Below are positions 11,136-24,558 of a DNA stretch of 64,000 bases, piece by piece. This stretch comes from Ginglymostoma cirratum (taxonomy: Eukaryota), in NCBI GenBank assembly GCA_024137785.1, contig JAHRHZ010000042.1, positions 25,401,556 to 25,465,555 of the forward strand, given 5' to 3'. The notes under the pieces were generated by a model. That model did not search any database, was not told the DNA's origin, and saw only the letters and a list, made by a program, of their open reading frames with translations. A program made the translations under genes and the position numbers. Every line of letters starts with the position of its first letter. Positions within the stretch are counted from its first letter, which is position 1.

Positions 11136-12064
11136 TACTTGTTACAATTCAGCATTGCAATCTGAGTTGAGATTTTTGAAGCTCAGCTCTTCATGTTAAA
11201 TCCAGTCTCAGAGACAACATGCCCACTATTGATTTAATACAATTCATTTGGACATTGGTACCTTAGGTTTAGAACTGGAAAGAATTTGTTTAGTTATGAT
11301 CCACATTATTAATTTAAACAGTTGAACCTTGTAAATATCCTGCAGAAGGGATTACACAGCTACTGAGGTATTTTGTTTATCTTCACGGAGCAGGGAATGA
11401 TAGAAAATCAGATGCACACTGCGATTATAAAAACCTCATCAAAATCACATGAAGTTTTAGAAGTCGTTTCTCTTTACATGCTTTACAAGGATGTAAAATC
11501 TGAGGAAATATTCTCCAGTTGGTGAAAAGACATGAGTCACGGTGACATTCATGGTAAAGTGAATCAAAATGACAAATCTCTTATCCAATCCAATTAAAAT
11601 AAAGGATCTCACACAAGTGACTCCATGTTCCTTCTTCAATGCCTGCATTAAAATTTATTTTGTCACTCAGAGTAGAAGGTTTACCTTGACTGTGTCTACA
11701 ACAACTTCTGTTTCTGCTTCACATGTGTCAGGCAAAGCATCAAAAAAGCCTCAGTAAAGTCTTTCTCAAACTGTATTTTTGTGAAGCCATACAGGAGATG
11801 GTAGAAGGGTCATCAAGAGGTTATTGAAGATTTGATTTTAAACGTTTAAGCAGAAGTGAAGCTTACGGCATTACAAGTACAAAGTTTATAAGACTGTTTT
11901 AGAGATTGTCTCTTTAACTGAGGGTGAAATGAGGGAGTGAAGAAGTCATATGACCTGTTTTGAATTTTGTGTGACAACAACTTTTCATGGTTTAGTTGTT
12001 AAAAGGAGCCCAAGATATTTTTTTTCCCAGAAGATGGTGCAGATTTTCACACCTAAGTACCTGT

Positions 12065-12268
12065 TGTAATTGGAACAAGGTTGACCCCATTGACTAGGAG
12101 ATCATTGATTGGAGTTGTTAACTTGGGCCAATCAGGAAATCCCTGGCTGACCAATATAACCAGGAGATTTAGAATCTCCTCAGTTCAGACCACAGGCAGT
12201 GTACCATGCATAAGGAAATGAAGGGTGATTTGATGATAGGATACCATCCTCTGTGCAATTATCTAAGC
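12065..12268 (+). mobile_element. About 200-bp solo-LTR-like repeat (family with 52032 and 56422)
   Basis: Shared core gttaacttgggccaatcaggaaatccctggctgac..ata and aagggtga.ttg..ggatac..cctctgtgca.tta. Confidence 0.6.
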
Positions 12269-13899
12269 ACTGTGGCAATGTGATTGATGATTAGTCTCGA
12301 TTTCTCTGGAAGAAGTGTTTGGGATGTCAAAGTTAATAAATGCTTACCATCAAACTGTCAATTAAATACCCTCTCAAGGCCCAACTGAAATTCAATCAGC
12401 CTTACCAACTGGACTCAAGGCCCATGTGAATCATGCAATCATCAAGATGGACTTTGACACAGCAACAGATAATATGAAACTACTGCAATATTGATGGGCA
12501 GAGTTGTTGTTAAGAAATCCCTGAACCTCACAGTGAGGACCTGTAATGATCTGACAAAGAATATGAAGAGACTGTCCCTCTTGTTCACCATGCAGAATTT
12601 GAATAGGAATTCTTGTGTAAGTTGAAGAGACCAAGTTCATTAGGAGTTGAACAAGGCCGGAAGACTTGACGAACTTTGGCCTGAGGGATGACTTCTGTCA
12701 TAAATGTCAATGTAAAAGGGATAAGAAGTTATTGGTTTGAGTAGTTAAAAAGAAAGGACATCTTCAGGAGCTGCAATTAGCATTAGACTTGTTACTGGAG
12801 AATGAAGTATCAACTTGATGGTCAGAGTAAGGGCTAATCAGATGGGTATCAAGCATCTTCCAAAGAATCAAAGTACAAATGTATAGCAATATTCAAATAT
12901 ATTCATAGACATTGAAGCGATGTCTATGGCATGACAAATGTTCTCAGCATTTAGGAGAAGTATGGCAAAGACTATTGTCCAAAGCAAACAAAAAACAGCA
13001 TTAATTCAACACATTACTTAGTACTACACAATAGGGGAGGATGCTTATTAGGAGAAAATTCAGTTAGTGATGCAAATACTAATTTATTGAACCACATGGA
13101 AGTCATGTGCTGTATAAACATGATAAAAGTAAAAGACTGGATGTTAAACTCTTGAACAATGAAAATTGAGGAAATTTCTCATATTCACCAGTGGTGAAAG
13201 ACATTAAAAGCAATACTTATCATTTTCTTTGCAAAGTTCTTTACAACATGGGAGAAAAAAGCACAACTGCTGTTTCTCCTGTGCCAAACAATGTCCAATG
13301 GGTGCAACTGAACTTCTTTATTTTAAGAGGAACCACATGGCAGCTGTTATTCCAAAATGAAGGAGAAATTTTCTTCCCAGCAATTACAATTTTTAAATGA
13401 ATACCTTGGTTAAAAATCATGTATTTGGGGCCAAATATAAGTTCAAAATATTGTAGCTCATCTTAGTAATGAGAAGAAAACGTTTAATTGTGTACATGAT
13501 GCTTGAGAGGAAGGGACAGATGCACAAGATTACGCCAAGAAATTGTGGCACATTTGTGTGATTCTAAATTAATTCACCTTGCTTTGTCGATATAGTTCAT
13601 TACTAATGACTTAGAATATTGCAGCTTAAAGTTTTAGGTGTAATATTTTGGTTGATACTGATTTTCTTTTGTACTCAGAAAACAGTTAAGGGGCAGGGGT
13701 ACAATGGATTCTGAATAGGATTCCACAGGATAAATAACAGAAGCTCAACTGTTCCATGTTGGTGCGAATACGTCATGTTTCTTTATCTATGTCTATCACT
13801 ATGAGACAATATTCCCTTCTCCCTCCCATCCTTGTCCAATTTCCAACCAGATCTATTCACTTGACCATTCATTGTGGTAATGAATTGCACATTAATCCA

Positions 13900-14170
13900 C
13901 AGATGTTCTAAGAATCTGGGTTCAAACCCCGCCTTGGCAGATGGTGGAATTTGAATTCAACAAAATAAGATCTGGAATCAAGAGTCTAATGGCAGACATA
14001 AACCCTTGTCAACTGTCAGAAAGTCACTCATATCTTTTAGTGAAGGTTAATGCCATTCTTACTTGGTCTGGCCTACATGTGTCTCCAGACCCATAGCAAT
14101 GTGACAGACTCTTTGCTGCTCTGTGGGCAATTAGGCCAGTGATGCCCATATGCTGTGAATGAAAGAAAAT
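13900..14170 (+). mobile_element. Shark SINE with L2-like tail
   Basis: ctgggttcaaacccc..ggcagatggtggaatttgaattcaa..ggtctggcctacatgtg.ctccagaccc..gggcaattagg..gatgccca..tgaatgaa. Confidence 0.7.
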
Positions 14171-15862
14171 GCATGCAAACTGAGACCAGCAACCGTACAT
14201 TGCAGGCAACGTCAGTGGAAGTGGTAACATGAGCTGGCAACACACTGAGGGAAAACCCAAGGATTGCTGAGGGGCCTAGAATTTACATGAGGGTGCACAA
14301 GATGGGACTGACCAGTGATGGGGGAGTCAGTCTACAGCAAGGGCAAGGGATGGCTCTCAGTGCTCCCCATCACTCACCCTATTGCCAAGTCTCTCCATCA
14401 GGCAATGGTTGACAGACTGAGGGATCCCTCAGAGCTTGCAAACAATTGCAATAGAACTTTCTTTCTGGGTTATCTGGGTAAACAGCATCCACCCAATTTG
14501 TAAGATGTGGTCTGTAAGCAGGCACTGTCTGCTCACTTAAGAACCCTAATTGATGTTGGAACAGCCGTCATGAGCTTTCCTACCTCAGACTTTATTGGAC
14601 CAGGAAACAGAACCCTACTTATCGCACCACTACCTGAATGAAGTTGCACCCTGATTGTAACTTAACCAAAGTTTAATACTGGTTTCACACAACATCCCTA
14701 GTTTTCAATTCTCTTCCTCTAGAGATAAAGCTTATGCTTACAAAGAGCTATGGCAGGTATGATACACCAATCCTGATCCTCTTGTGCTATGTGCTATGAT
14801 TCTGAATAGAATCCATTTAAAGGCAAAGTCATGAAATGTTTCTATATAACTTAGTTCATCGAAGGACTTTACTCCATGCAGCTGCTATTATTTAAAAAGA
14901 AAAAGGTGAAGAAAAAGTTCAGCAGAATGTTGGAATGAAATGTGAAAGTATTACAGAGCATTAACACATCTCTAAACTTCTGTAAGCTGGAAAGGCTGCT
15001 TAATTAGGAATCTTCTTTGAAGCTGCTTGTGATCTTTGCACAAACAGCATTCTTGGCAAGAAAATAGGACGGAGAAGGAGAAGATCTCATCAGGATTCCA
15101 AAGCATTATGCTTAGACTCATTCACCACTTTCCTCTAGGCAAGCTTTGAAGGCATGATGGAAGTTTCAGTGGACTCAAAGCAAGTTAAAAGCACCTCATG
15201 TGGGAAATAATTTATATGGTGAGCAGAGCAATGTACGGTTTTAGTCTTTAGCCAAAGCAACATCAAATGGCACCTAATGATTGCTGTTTCGAAAATCGGA
15301 AGATAAATCAAAGTGTTCAAATTGTGTATTTTTTACTCTTTTTAATGCATAGTGTTGTCCATTTGTATGAAGCTATTCCAGATTTACTGCCACAACAGTA
15401 GCAGTAAAATATTGACAAAAAAATGCATTTGCATTGGAAACAATAAATCAGTATCATGTAAGGTTTCTATCTTGAAATAAAATTGTAACTGAAGTTGAAA
15501 ATGCTTAGAGACATGACAGTATGTATACTGAAATATCATGCATATTATTTTGAAAGCAGGAAAAGTCAGATTCATGAAAACTAATTTGCATTAATTGAAA
15601 ATCTAATTAAAACAATAGTTAACATGGCTGTGAAACATGGTGGCAGATGGAATGAGGAAACCAAAACAGTTCAGGAAGCACCACCTTTACAATGAGGAAA
15701 TGAAGCAATCTGGTGGAGGAAACATTTTTGTTTTTCAATTGTTCAAGCAGCAAAATATATTATAACTTGCATAAATGTGGTCAAAATCAATACAATGATT
15801 AAAACAAGACAAGTTCCTCCTTGCTGTTAGGTGCAAATTGAGTTTGAGCCCGGTTCCTCACA

Positions 15863-16400
15863 ACATTGGTTAGGCCACTTATGGAATACCGCATTCAATT
15901 CTGGTCTCCCTGCCACAGGAAAGATGTTGTAAATCTTGAACAGGTTCAGAAAGGATTTGCAAGGATGTTGCCAGGGTTGAAGGGTTTGAGCTGTAGGGCG
16001 AGGCTGAATCGACTGTAACTATTCTCCCTGGAGCATCAGGCGGCTGAGGAGTAACCTTTATAGGAGTTTATAAAACCATGGCGGGTGTAGATACGGTGAA
16101 TAGTCAAGGTCTTTTCCTGAAGATAAGGGAGTCCAAAACTACAAGACATAGGTCTAAGGTGAGAAGGGGAAGACTTAAAAGAGACCTAAGGGGCAACGTT
16201 TTATCCCAGAGGGTGGTGAGTGTATGGAATGGCTGCCAGAGGAAGTGGTGGAGGCTAGTACAATTACAACATGTAACAGGCATCTGGATAGGTATATGGA
16301 TAGGAAGGGTTTAGAGGGATATGGGCCAAATGCTGGCAAATAGGACTAGATTAATTTTGTATATTTGGTCAGCATGGACAAATTGAACTGAAGGGTCAGG
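15863..16400 (+). mobile_element. CR1 LINE 3' fragment
   Basis: ttggttaggccactt..ttctggtctccctg..; ORF 16078 ESKTTRHRSKVRRGRLKRDLRGNVLSQRVVSVWN. Confidence 0.92.
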
Positions 16401-17146
16401 CTCAAAGCAACACATGATAAATTAAGTGGCAGGTTCATTCAAGCCATGGAAGTGAATGCTGTGGTTCACTGAGGTGACATAGGAGTGTAGTCATAATAGT
16501 TAAGATTAATATCCAGAGGGTTAAAACAGGTCAAAGAGATCTTTCACCAACGCTAAGAAACCCAGTATTTAATTGCTCTATATTGCTAATTTCTGAGATT
16601 TGCTTCAATTGTGCAGCATGTTACACTATTATAAGATTGGGACTGGAACACTCTCATTCTACTTTCCTGACTGAGTTATTGCAAAAAAAGAGAAAATTTG
16701 AAAAATAAGCTTTTGTTTCCCTCCCCTAAAGCTAGCATCCATCAATTTTATCACATGAAATACTTATAAGAGAATCACAAGGAAATTTCAAGACAGAGAT
16801 ATGATTCCTTTGAAGATTCTGACATAAAAGTAGATAAAAGCACAGACTGATGTAACACCAAGATTTCAGACTAGAGGCTGCATGTCCAATTTGTAGCCTG
16901 TGCTGAGTGAGCTGATCTCAGTGAAAGCAGCAGTTGGGCACTGTAATTGATGTGAGTGCCCTGTTCTGAAAAAGGGAGCAAGAGATAAAACTTCAAACAC
17001 AACCATTCTGATTTCACCGTCTTTCCAGTCACTGCTGTAAGAAAGTGGGTCCTCAGCTCGAATATGATAGGGTCCAGTGGTAAAGAGTTTACTGACACTG
17101 CATTGTCTAGACTAGCAACTTGCATGAATAAAGGTGGACTACTGAT

Positions 17147-17370
17147 AAAGTCAAATCACCATGGTCTTAGCAGACCATAGGGCTGCTCTTTCATTAGAAA
17201 GAGGTGACTGGTGGTTATTTAACTTACAGCCACCATATCTCAGGTACAGGGAGAGGTTGAGAAGGAAAGTCCTTCCTGGAAAACTCCGTCAGTGCAGGAA
17301 TTAAATCCATGCTGTTAGTGTGACACTGCTTTGCAAACCAACTGTCTAGCCGACTGAGCTAAACTGACAC
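17147..17370 (-). mobile_element. tRNA-derived SINE
   Basis: Reverse complement begins gtcagtttagctcagtcggctagac (A box); 3' gcagccctatggtctgctaagaccatggtgatttgac is shared with about 58235-58350. Confidence 0.65.
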
Positions 17371-17547
17371 AGCCTGCTGATTTTGCAGCCACTCCCAACA
17401 TAATGACACTGGCGATGGAGGGAGTTAACACAAATTCATTGGGAAAGCTGGAAATTACTTCTAATAATGTCCTTCATGACGAAAACAGCTTGATGAAGTT
17501 TGTGCCACAGATATAAATTCTAAAACTAATAGCAATATGATGTACGA

Positions 17548-17770
17548 AGGGGATCAGTTAGCTCAGTTGGTTAGATGACGAGGGTGCGATTGAGAATAAC
17601 ACCAACAGCACTGGTTCAATCTCTATTCCAGCTCAAGTGGTCTTGGCACCTGCCTCTTCGCCTTCCCCATGCTTGATGCAGAATAGCCTCCTTCATGCTA
17701 TATACCCAATTGTCCTGCTTTAATAGGGAGAGACGTTTACAGCCCCCTTATACACATTGGCTGATTACCT
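17548..17770 (+). mobile_element. tRNA-derived SINE related to 17147-17370
   Basis: ggggatcagttagctcagttggttaga (A box)...ccaacagcactggttcaatctc (B box). Confidence 0.6.
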
Positions 17771-18711
17771 ACCTAATGATTAAGTGATCATTCCTTCCCT
17801 CATATCATTGTAAATCACTTTGCAGTACTGATCATGTCCTTCGAAAATTGCAGCAAACACTTTCTATCAAGCTTAAGATCCACCAACTCACAGTTGCAAT
17901 TTATCAATGGTTTTAGATAAAATACGAGAAAAATTCAAACGTTAGCTACTCATACATACTTAATGTTGGTTCACATTAATAAATTAAACTTTTGGCAAAG
18001 GATTTTTTTTTCACAATAATGTAATTGGGACCAGCTGCTAATTCTCTCCAGCTTCTGTAAATGTAAAGGCGCACTTCATTTCAAAAGTAATCACATATAT
18101 TGGATTTTCTATCAATTAATCATATTCAGCGTCATTTCTGCATCCTCCACACAGCTTGACAGAGGCTAAAGCGATACTGTCAAAGTTGCATGTTAGCTTG
18201 AAGTTTTGGCTGATAGAAACTATGATATAAACTATGCATCAAAAGCAAGAGACACATCAATCAGCAAGGAGCCTGCAGTTTATGTTTTAAAATTTACCAC
18301 AGACGAAAAACTCCCACCATCACAGAGATGAAGTACACTCAAGGGGTCAGTAAAAGTCATGACCACAATGAATTTCAGTGCACAGAAGAAGTTGTGAATG
18401 CATTTAGCTTCCCCCTGTTTGATGATGCTGAACAGACAATGGATTGAGGAAATTGAGATCTGTATGAGATTCCAAAAAGAGCAGGTGTGTTCTACACAGC
18501 TCCAGAGAGTCCAAAGTAATTAGCATCAGCATGTTAATACAAACTGTACCTATTGCAGTCACACAATAAAGTTCCTTGTTATGTAAGACAAAAGTCCCAT
18601 CTGTTTAGACCACCTCTACCATTGATAGTTAGACTGGCTCTAGACTCAGCACAAAGAGGATCAGTTCGAACCAAATTAAAATATGACCAAGACCAATAAA
18701 AAAGTACTCAC

Positions 18712-18797
18712 TACAGAAGAGCAAGCTTGGCTCCTATCTGCCCACGGGCTGCTGGGAAGAAATACAGGGAGGAGGGGATTGTTGGGCGTGGAAGAAC
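18712..18797 (-). CDS. Candidate internal coding exon (86 bp), host gene unidentified
   Basis: Minus strand ttttcatttttccttAG|gttc...ctgta|GTGAGT; phase-1 frame (G)SSTPNNPLLPVFLPSSPWADRSQACSSV is open and ends in phase 0; locally GC-rich, retains CpGs, lies outside repeats. Confidence 0.55.
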
Positions 18798-19964
18798 CTA
18801 AGGAAAAATGAAAACGCTTCCCAAAGAAAAGCTAAAGCAAGGGTTTCACCACAGCTTGGTCCTGACAAAGCTCCTACAACCTAAAAAGCATACCAGGGCA
18901 ATGGGCTAACGTCCTATTCACTTCCCAGCTGTGTGAAGGCTAGAATTAAAACTAAAGAGAGAGACAAGTCTATCATAGGTGTAGGAGAAATATAAATTCT
19001 ACATGACTGCACAGACTTCAGGCATCAAACTGATACATGAAGGACTGATCCTCTGTTCATTTACTTGGCTTTCATCGATCCAATGCCAGACTTTACTTAT
19101 TGCTATTTTATTCTTTCTTTGCTTATTGTCTCAGATCTATCGCAGTCTCAGCCTTGTTATGTGGTTATGGACGTGAGGACTGGCCCTCATACAGGACCAC
19201 AGCCTCAGTTGTTAGATCACACATTTTGCAGCCACTCCCAACAAAGATTTCCACACGCTCAGACTTCCAAGGGCAATGGTATTCATCTAAAAGCTTTTCG
19301 TATTGATTAACCAAAAGAAAAGGTTTCTGCTCTGTTATATCTCAATTCGGTTTACTGTCATGAGTGGTCTGAACAAAGCCAAACAGCTATCACTTTCTGA
19401 AAGAGGGCAATGAGATCAAACTACAAATGATAGATCTTGCACTTGTCTGCAATTACCTTTCACGTGTAAACAGTTGTTATGTGCTTGAATGTACTCCGGA
19501 ACACAACAGACTCATTCTTCTGCTATCCACAGCACAGGATTGCTAGTAACTATTTTCGATTTTGAGACACAGAAGTGAGGAAGAATTAAGACACAGTGGG
19601 AATTTTTGAGGGAGTAGTTAAGGTGTTCTTGTAAAAATTACACATATTGTTCCTTCATTGTTGTCCCATTCCTTTGATGTTCAATATCTTAAGGCTTTTG
19701 CGAGACTTACTGAGGCTAACTTACAAACTGTGGGCTGTGCTGAGACTTTTGGCAAGCCCTATCCTGACGTTGAGATCTTCTCACTATATCTTCAGGGGTT
19801 TTGTCAAGTGGTGTAGCGAGATTCTCGCAAGGCAAGTTCCCAACTGATGCTTATCATTGCTTGTCAAATGCCTTGTTAACAGCACAACTCCCCACAGGTT
19901 ATAATCTTACCAAACAATTAGCTATTGGGAAAATGCAATATGGAAACCAGGTGAAAAATCATCC

Positions 19965-20070
19965 ATGTAAAACATTACTACAGTTTCTGTCTCCACAGAT
20001 GCAAAGTGACCATCTGAGTATTTCTTGCATTTTCTGCTTTTGTTTCAGATTTCCAGCATCCACTGTATTA
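19965..20070 (+). mobile_element. Penelope-derived short element tail (old)
   Basis: tttctgtctccacagatgc..ctgagtatttcttgcattttctgcttttgtttcagatttccagcatcc. Confidence 0.6.
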
Positions 20071-20670
20071 TCATTGTATTACTTTTTCTCACCTGTTCTC
20101 AGGACCAAAATAAAGTCACACACTTGCGAGCAATGACGCCTTGAAGTATTTCATAATTCCTGTAAACTCAAAGTGTTCATTATTCTGCAGTTGTCAGGTG
20201 ACCATCTTGCTTGCTGAAAGCATGAATACACCTCCAGAGATGTGCCTTGCAGACAGATTCACCAGGTGATACCAGATCTATATTGTGACAAAAGTAAGAA
20301 TATCCTGAAATCACAAGTTCAGTTCTGATTGTTCAACTAATGGCCAGCACATGGAGCAAGATTCTATTGTTCAATTCATCAATCTACACTTAATGATGAG
20401 ATGGATTCAAGCTGTTGCCGTGCAAAGAACAGTTACTTCATTTGGCAAATTGCTTGTAAACCAAGGTTTTACACATAAAGTATTAAGCCTCAGTTTAGTT
20501 GAAAAAACGTGACAGTGAAACAACTGTCAAATACAGAAACTATAGCGTTCAAACACCACTGGTTTATTCAAACGCAAATTTATGTCTAAATTCAATGTCA
20601 AAAATATAGTTCAACAATACAAGTGCTGATTATCAATGCAGTTTCAGAGCTCAATTTTTCTTCAGTACAT

Positions 20671-21530
20671 GTCACAGACTCAGAGCCTATGGCACGGAAA
20701 CCGACCGTTCAGTCCAACTTGTCCATGCAGACCAGATATGCTAAACTAATCTAAATTCATTTGCCGGCATTTGGCCCATATCCCTCTTAATTTCCTATTC
20801 ATAAACCCATCCAGGTGCCTTTTAAATGTTGTAATTGTACCAGCCTCCACCACTTCCTCTGGCAGCTTGTTCCACACACGCACCACCGTCTGCATAAAAA
20901 ATTACCCCTTAGGTCCTGTTTAAATTTTTCCCCTCTCATCTTAAACCTATGTCATCTGGTTTTGAACTCCCCTACTCTAGGGAAAAGAACTTGGCTATTG
21001 GGCCTTTCCATGCCCCTCATGATTTATAAACCTCTAAAAGGTCAATCCTCAGCCTCTGATACTCCAGGGAAAGTGTCCCCAGCCTATTCAGCCTCTCTTT
21101 ATGGCTCAAAACCCCCAACCCTGGCAACATCCTTATAAATCTTTTCTGAACCATTTTGAGTTTAGCAACATTCATTCTATAACAGGGAGACCAGAACTGA
21201 ACACAGTATTCCAAAGGTAGCCTAACCAATGTCCTGTACAGCTTCAACATGAAATCTCGACTTCTATACTCAATGTACTGACCGATAAACGCAAGCTTTC
21301 CAAACACTTCTTCACTATCCTGTCTACCTGGGACTCCACTTTCAAGGAACCATGAACCTGCACTCCAAGGTCTCCCCAGGACCTTACCATTAAGTGTATA
21401 AGTCCTGCCCTGACTTCCTTTTCCAAAACGCAGCACCTCACATCTATCTAAACTAAACTCCACCTGCCACTCCTCGGCCCATTGGCCCATCTGGTCAAGG
21501 CCGCGTTGTACCCTGAGGTAACCTTCTTTG
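20671..21530 (-). mobile_element. CR1 LINE 3' fragment
   Basis: ORF 21017-21490: WAEEWQVEFSLDRCEVLRFG..LYRTLVRLPLEYCVQFWSP..LLEVYK; CR1 3' UTR follows. Confidence 0.95.
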
Positions 21531-24237
21531 CAGTGCTGAAGTTGAAGATTTTGCTTCCACTGAGCTAAAGTAAAGCTCTGACCTAAATGTATTCATGGAT
21601 TAAGGTAATCAAAATATAGCATTTTAAAAGGTCGTAGTGTCTGGTTCACCCAGTTCATGTCGCCCTCATTCATGAAGCACAAGTCTATCTCATGTGTGAT
21701 CTAACTTTTCAAGGAACCTATGGGTGCAGTACTGCTTGGTCTAATTGTTGACATTGACGTAAAAGACTGCATGATATTATTTCAAATACTTTTCAATGCT
21801 GTTCCTATGCCTTGGACAAGAATAATTCCTTAAACAGATTACGAAACAGATTCACTCATCCTTTGTCTCATTGTCACTGAAAAGTTTTTGTTATGTGAAA
21901 AATATTGATTGCATTTGCTGACCCAACAATCACAACTGAACCCCAGTGGTGAGAAGACTATTGCAAGACATTCTAAGTTACATAAATAGACACAATGAAA
22001 TAGCAACGCTTAATTATTTTTAAAGTTGGGATTCTGCACTCTTCCTCTTTGCTGTTTTAAGCCATGAGAATTGAAAATTACATCATGTTGTTAAAGCCAG
22101 AACGAATGCAACATTATCTTTGGTTAACCTGATTTATCTCGGTGGCATTCCAATAACAGGGGTTTTCGAATCACTCTGTTTTGTCTGCGCTTTCCATCTT
22201 CATAACTGTATTCTGCCAGCAGACATCGAATAAGGAGAAGGTATTTGAAAAAGATGAGAATACTTGCAGTTCCACTTGAATTTCTCCAAAGGCCATAAAA
22301 CATTTTTATTCAATGTGTTTAGCAAACAGGTTCTGGGAGATCAGAGCTGCAATACTGAATGCAGTAGTAATTTACGTGTAAGCAACTATTGGTGCAGTTT
22401 TCTACCTGAGGATGTGAAAAGGAGCACTCATTTCCCTATTAGCAGTAATGGTTTGAGCAGCGTCAGTCAGCTTTCGTTGAGAGTAAACTTAAATGAACAA
22501 AAGAAAATCCAGGGAGACCAGTGTGAATGTTGGAAAGAAATAACACAGGCGATATAGGGGATTCATCTTTACATTTCAGTGACGATGGGTGATGTTTGCT
22601 AATATTCAAGAAATACCTTGGTTCTCAACACTCAAATTTTATGTTTGATAAATTAAAAAATGTGAGGACTCATACAGCTGATTAAGTTCATGAAATACCT
22701 TTTTATCACCACTAAATGGCAGCAGTGCACTAAATAAACAAATCAGGACAATAAGTTAACCTGGCAGCAGATGTTACAATTTCGACATTTGACGGGAGAC
22801 ACAATCTAATATAATGGTTAGAACTGAAAAGCCAATTGTCAGATGGGATACTTCAAATCTAAGAGAGAGGCTCTGCTGCTGCCAGGTTCACTTATTGTAT
22901 CAGTAGTGGAGTATTACAAAAGTGCTGTAATGGCAGCTGGGAGCACATATTGCATTGGCTTACTTGCATTTAACTTGGTTCTAATATAATTTCAATTTGG
23001 CAGTGTCAGGCACTTCACTTGGATTGGATATACTGGGATCAGAAAGTGTTACATTCACCAGTCAACTTGTTTCCATTACGTTGTTACACAGCACAGCGAT
23101 ACACAGAAACACGACCACATATCAGAACACAAGAGAATCCGAAGGGTACCCGGCCATACAGTTTTCTAAGTTTGTCCCTTTATGATAATACTGTACGATT
23201 AATCTTAGCATTGACTTCTTTCCTACTGTGTCATGGAAAAAAATGAAGCTGTAATTTGCTATCATAAGATGCACAAATTAACCAATGTCTGCAATTGCAA
23301 AGTGGCCCACAGCAGTTTTTCACATGGGAGTCCCTCCCTATTAAGGCTAATTGTCTACTAACTTGAGCAAAGCTAGACCAGAGATACTCCACTGGAGTAA
23401 AACATCAAAGGAGGTAACATTTTAGTGCGGAGGAAACGACTGAGAGGGTCTAGTTTAAGGTGTTAAAAGTCGGGTTGGTTGACTATTCACTGTGATATAC
23501 AGGAGGCATTTAGGGAGCATTACTTATCACAGCATGTACTTGTATCAATCAAATCTTAACTTGAAATTCTATCATTGCTGCTTGATTGGTCAAACCCCCC
23601 TCCTTCACTGGATTGTGGGTAGATGTGCACCACATGGACAGCAGAAGTTCAAGAAATGATCCCACCAGCTTTTAAATGGCAATTAAGATTGGACAGTACA
23701 TGCTGGTCTGGCCAGTGACACAGACATCTCATGTATGCATTTTTAATAATCTCATTACGATATTGTAACATTGCATCATGTGATGTTTCAATAAATTCTT
23801 TGCAGCTCATTTTTCCCCTGTATTTCCTGCTAAATTCAGGCACAGTCAAGTTATTACACAACTTCAATCAGCTTTTTGCACCTTGTTAAAGTGGGACTGG
23901 CTGACGGATGTAAATTGGTGGTTTCAACTGTGCTCTTTCCCACATGCCAGCCTGTAGAATAGAGTCGTGGGAGTAACACCAGAAACAAACATAACAATGA
24001 TGATAATAACACAATGATATCAGAGTAACACCTCATTCTATAAAGCTTACCGTTTTCCATGGTTTTTAAAAACAAAGCTACCAGCATAAAAGTGGAACTT
24101 CTCAGAAATTTGCTCATTGCTGGGAATTTACTCCGGTCGTTGGGAATGGTAGGTGGTGGGGGGAGGTTTGGTACACTCTGGGATAGCACAGAATTAAAAA
24201 CAGTAATTCAACCTTTGGACATCCACACATGTGTGGA

Positions 24238-24558
24238 CTTATAGAACCCCTACGCTGCACAAGCAAGCCATTCAGCCCATCCAGTTTGCACTGACCTTCT
24301 GAAGAGCATCGCACCCAAACCCAACTCAATGCCCTCATTCCCTATCACTAATCCACCTAACCTACACATCCCTGGACACTATAGGAAATTTAGCATGACC
24401 AATACAACTAATTGTATATCTTTGGACTGCGGGAGGAAACACACATGGACATGAGGAGAATGTGCAAACTCCACACAGACAGGCACCCGAGGTCGGAATC
24501 AAGCCTGGGTCCCTGGCGCTTTGAGGCAGCAGTGCTAACTACTGAGCCACCATGCTAC
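24238..24558 (-). mobile_element. HE1-type SINE
   Basis: atagaacccctac..tgtgcaaactccacacagac..gtgctaactactgagccaccatgc. Confidence 0.88.

Noticed and set aside
12905-12929. 11-bp-stem hairpin catagacattg-aag-cgatgtctatg
   Set aside because: Too short to distinguish from chance
12400-13000. Possible very old minus-strand LINE RT remnant (IPQ-like motif)
   Set aside because: Too decayed to support by eye
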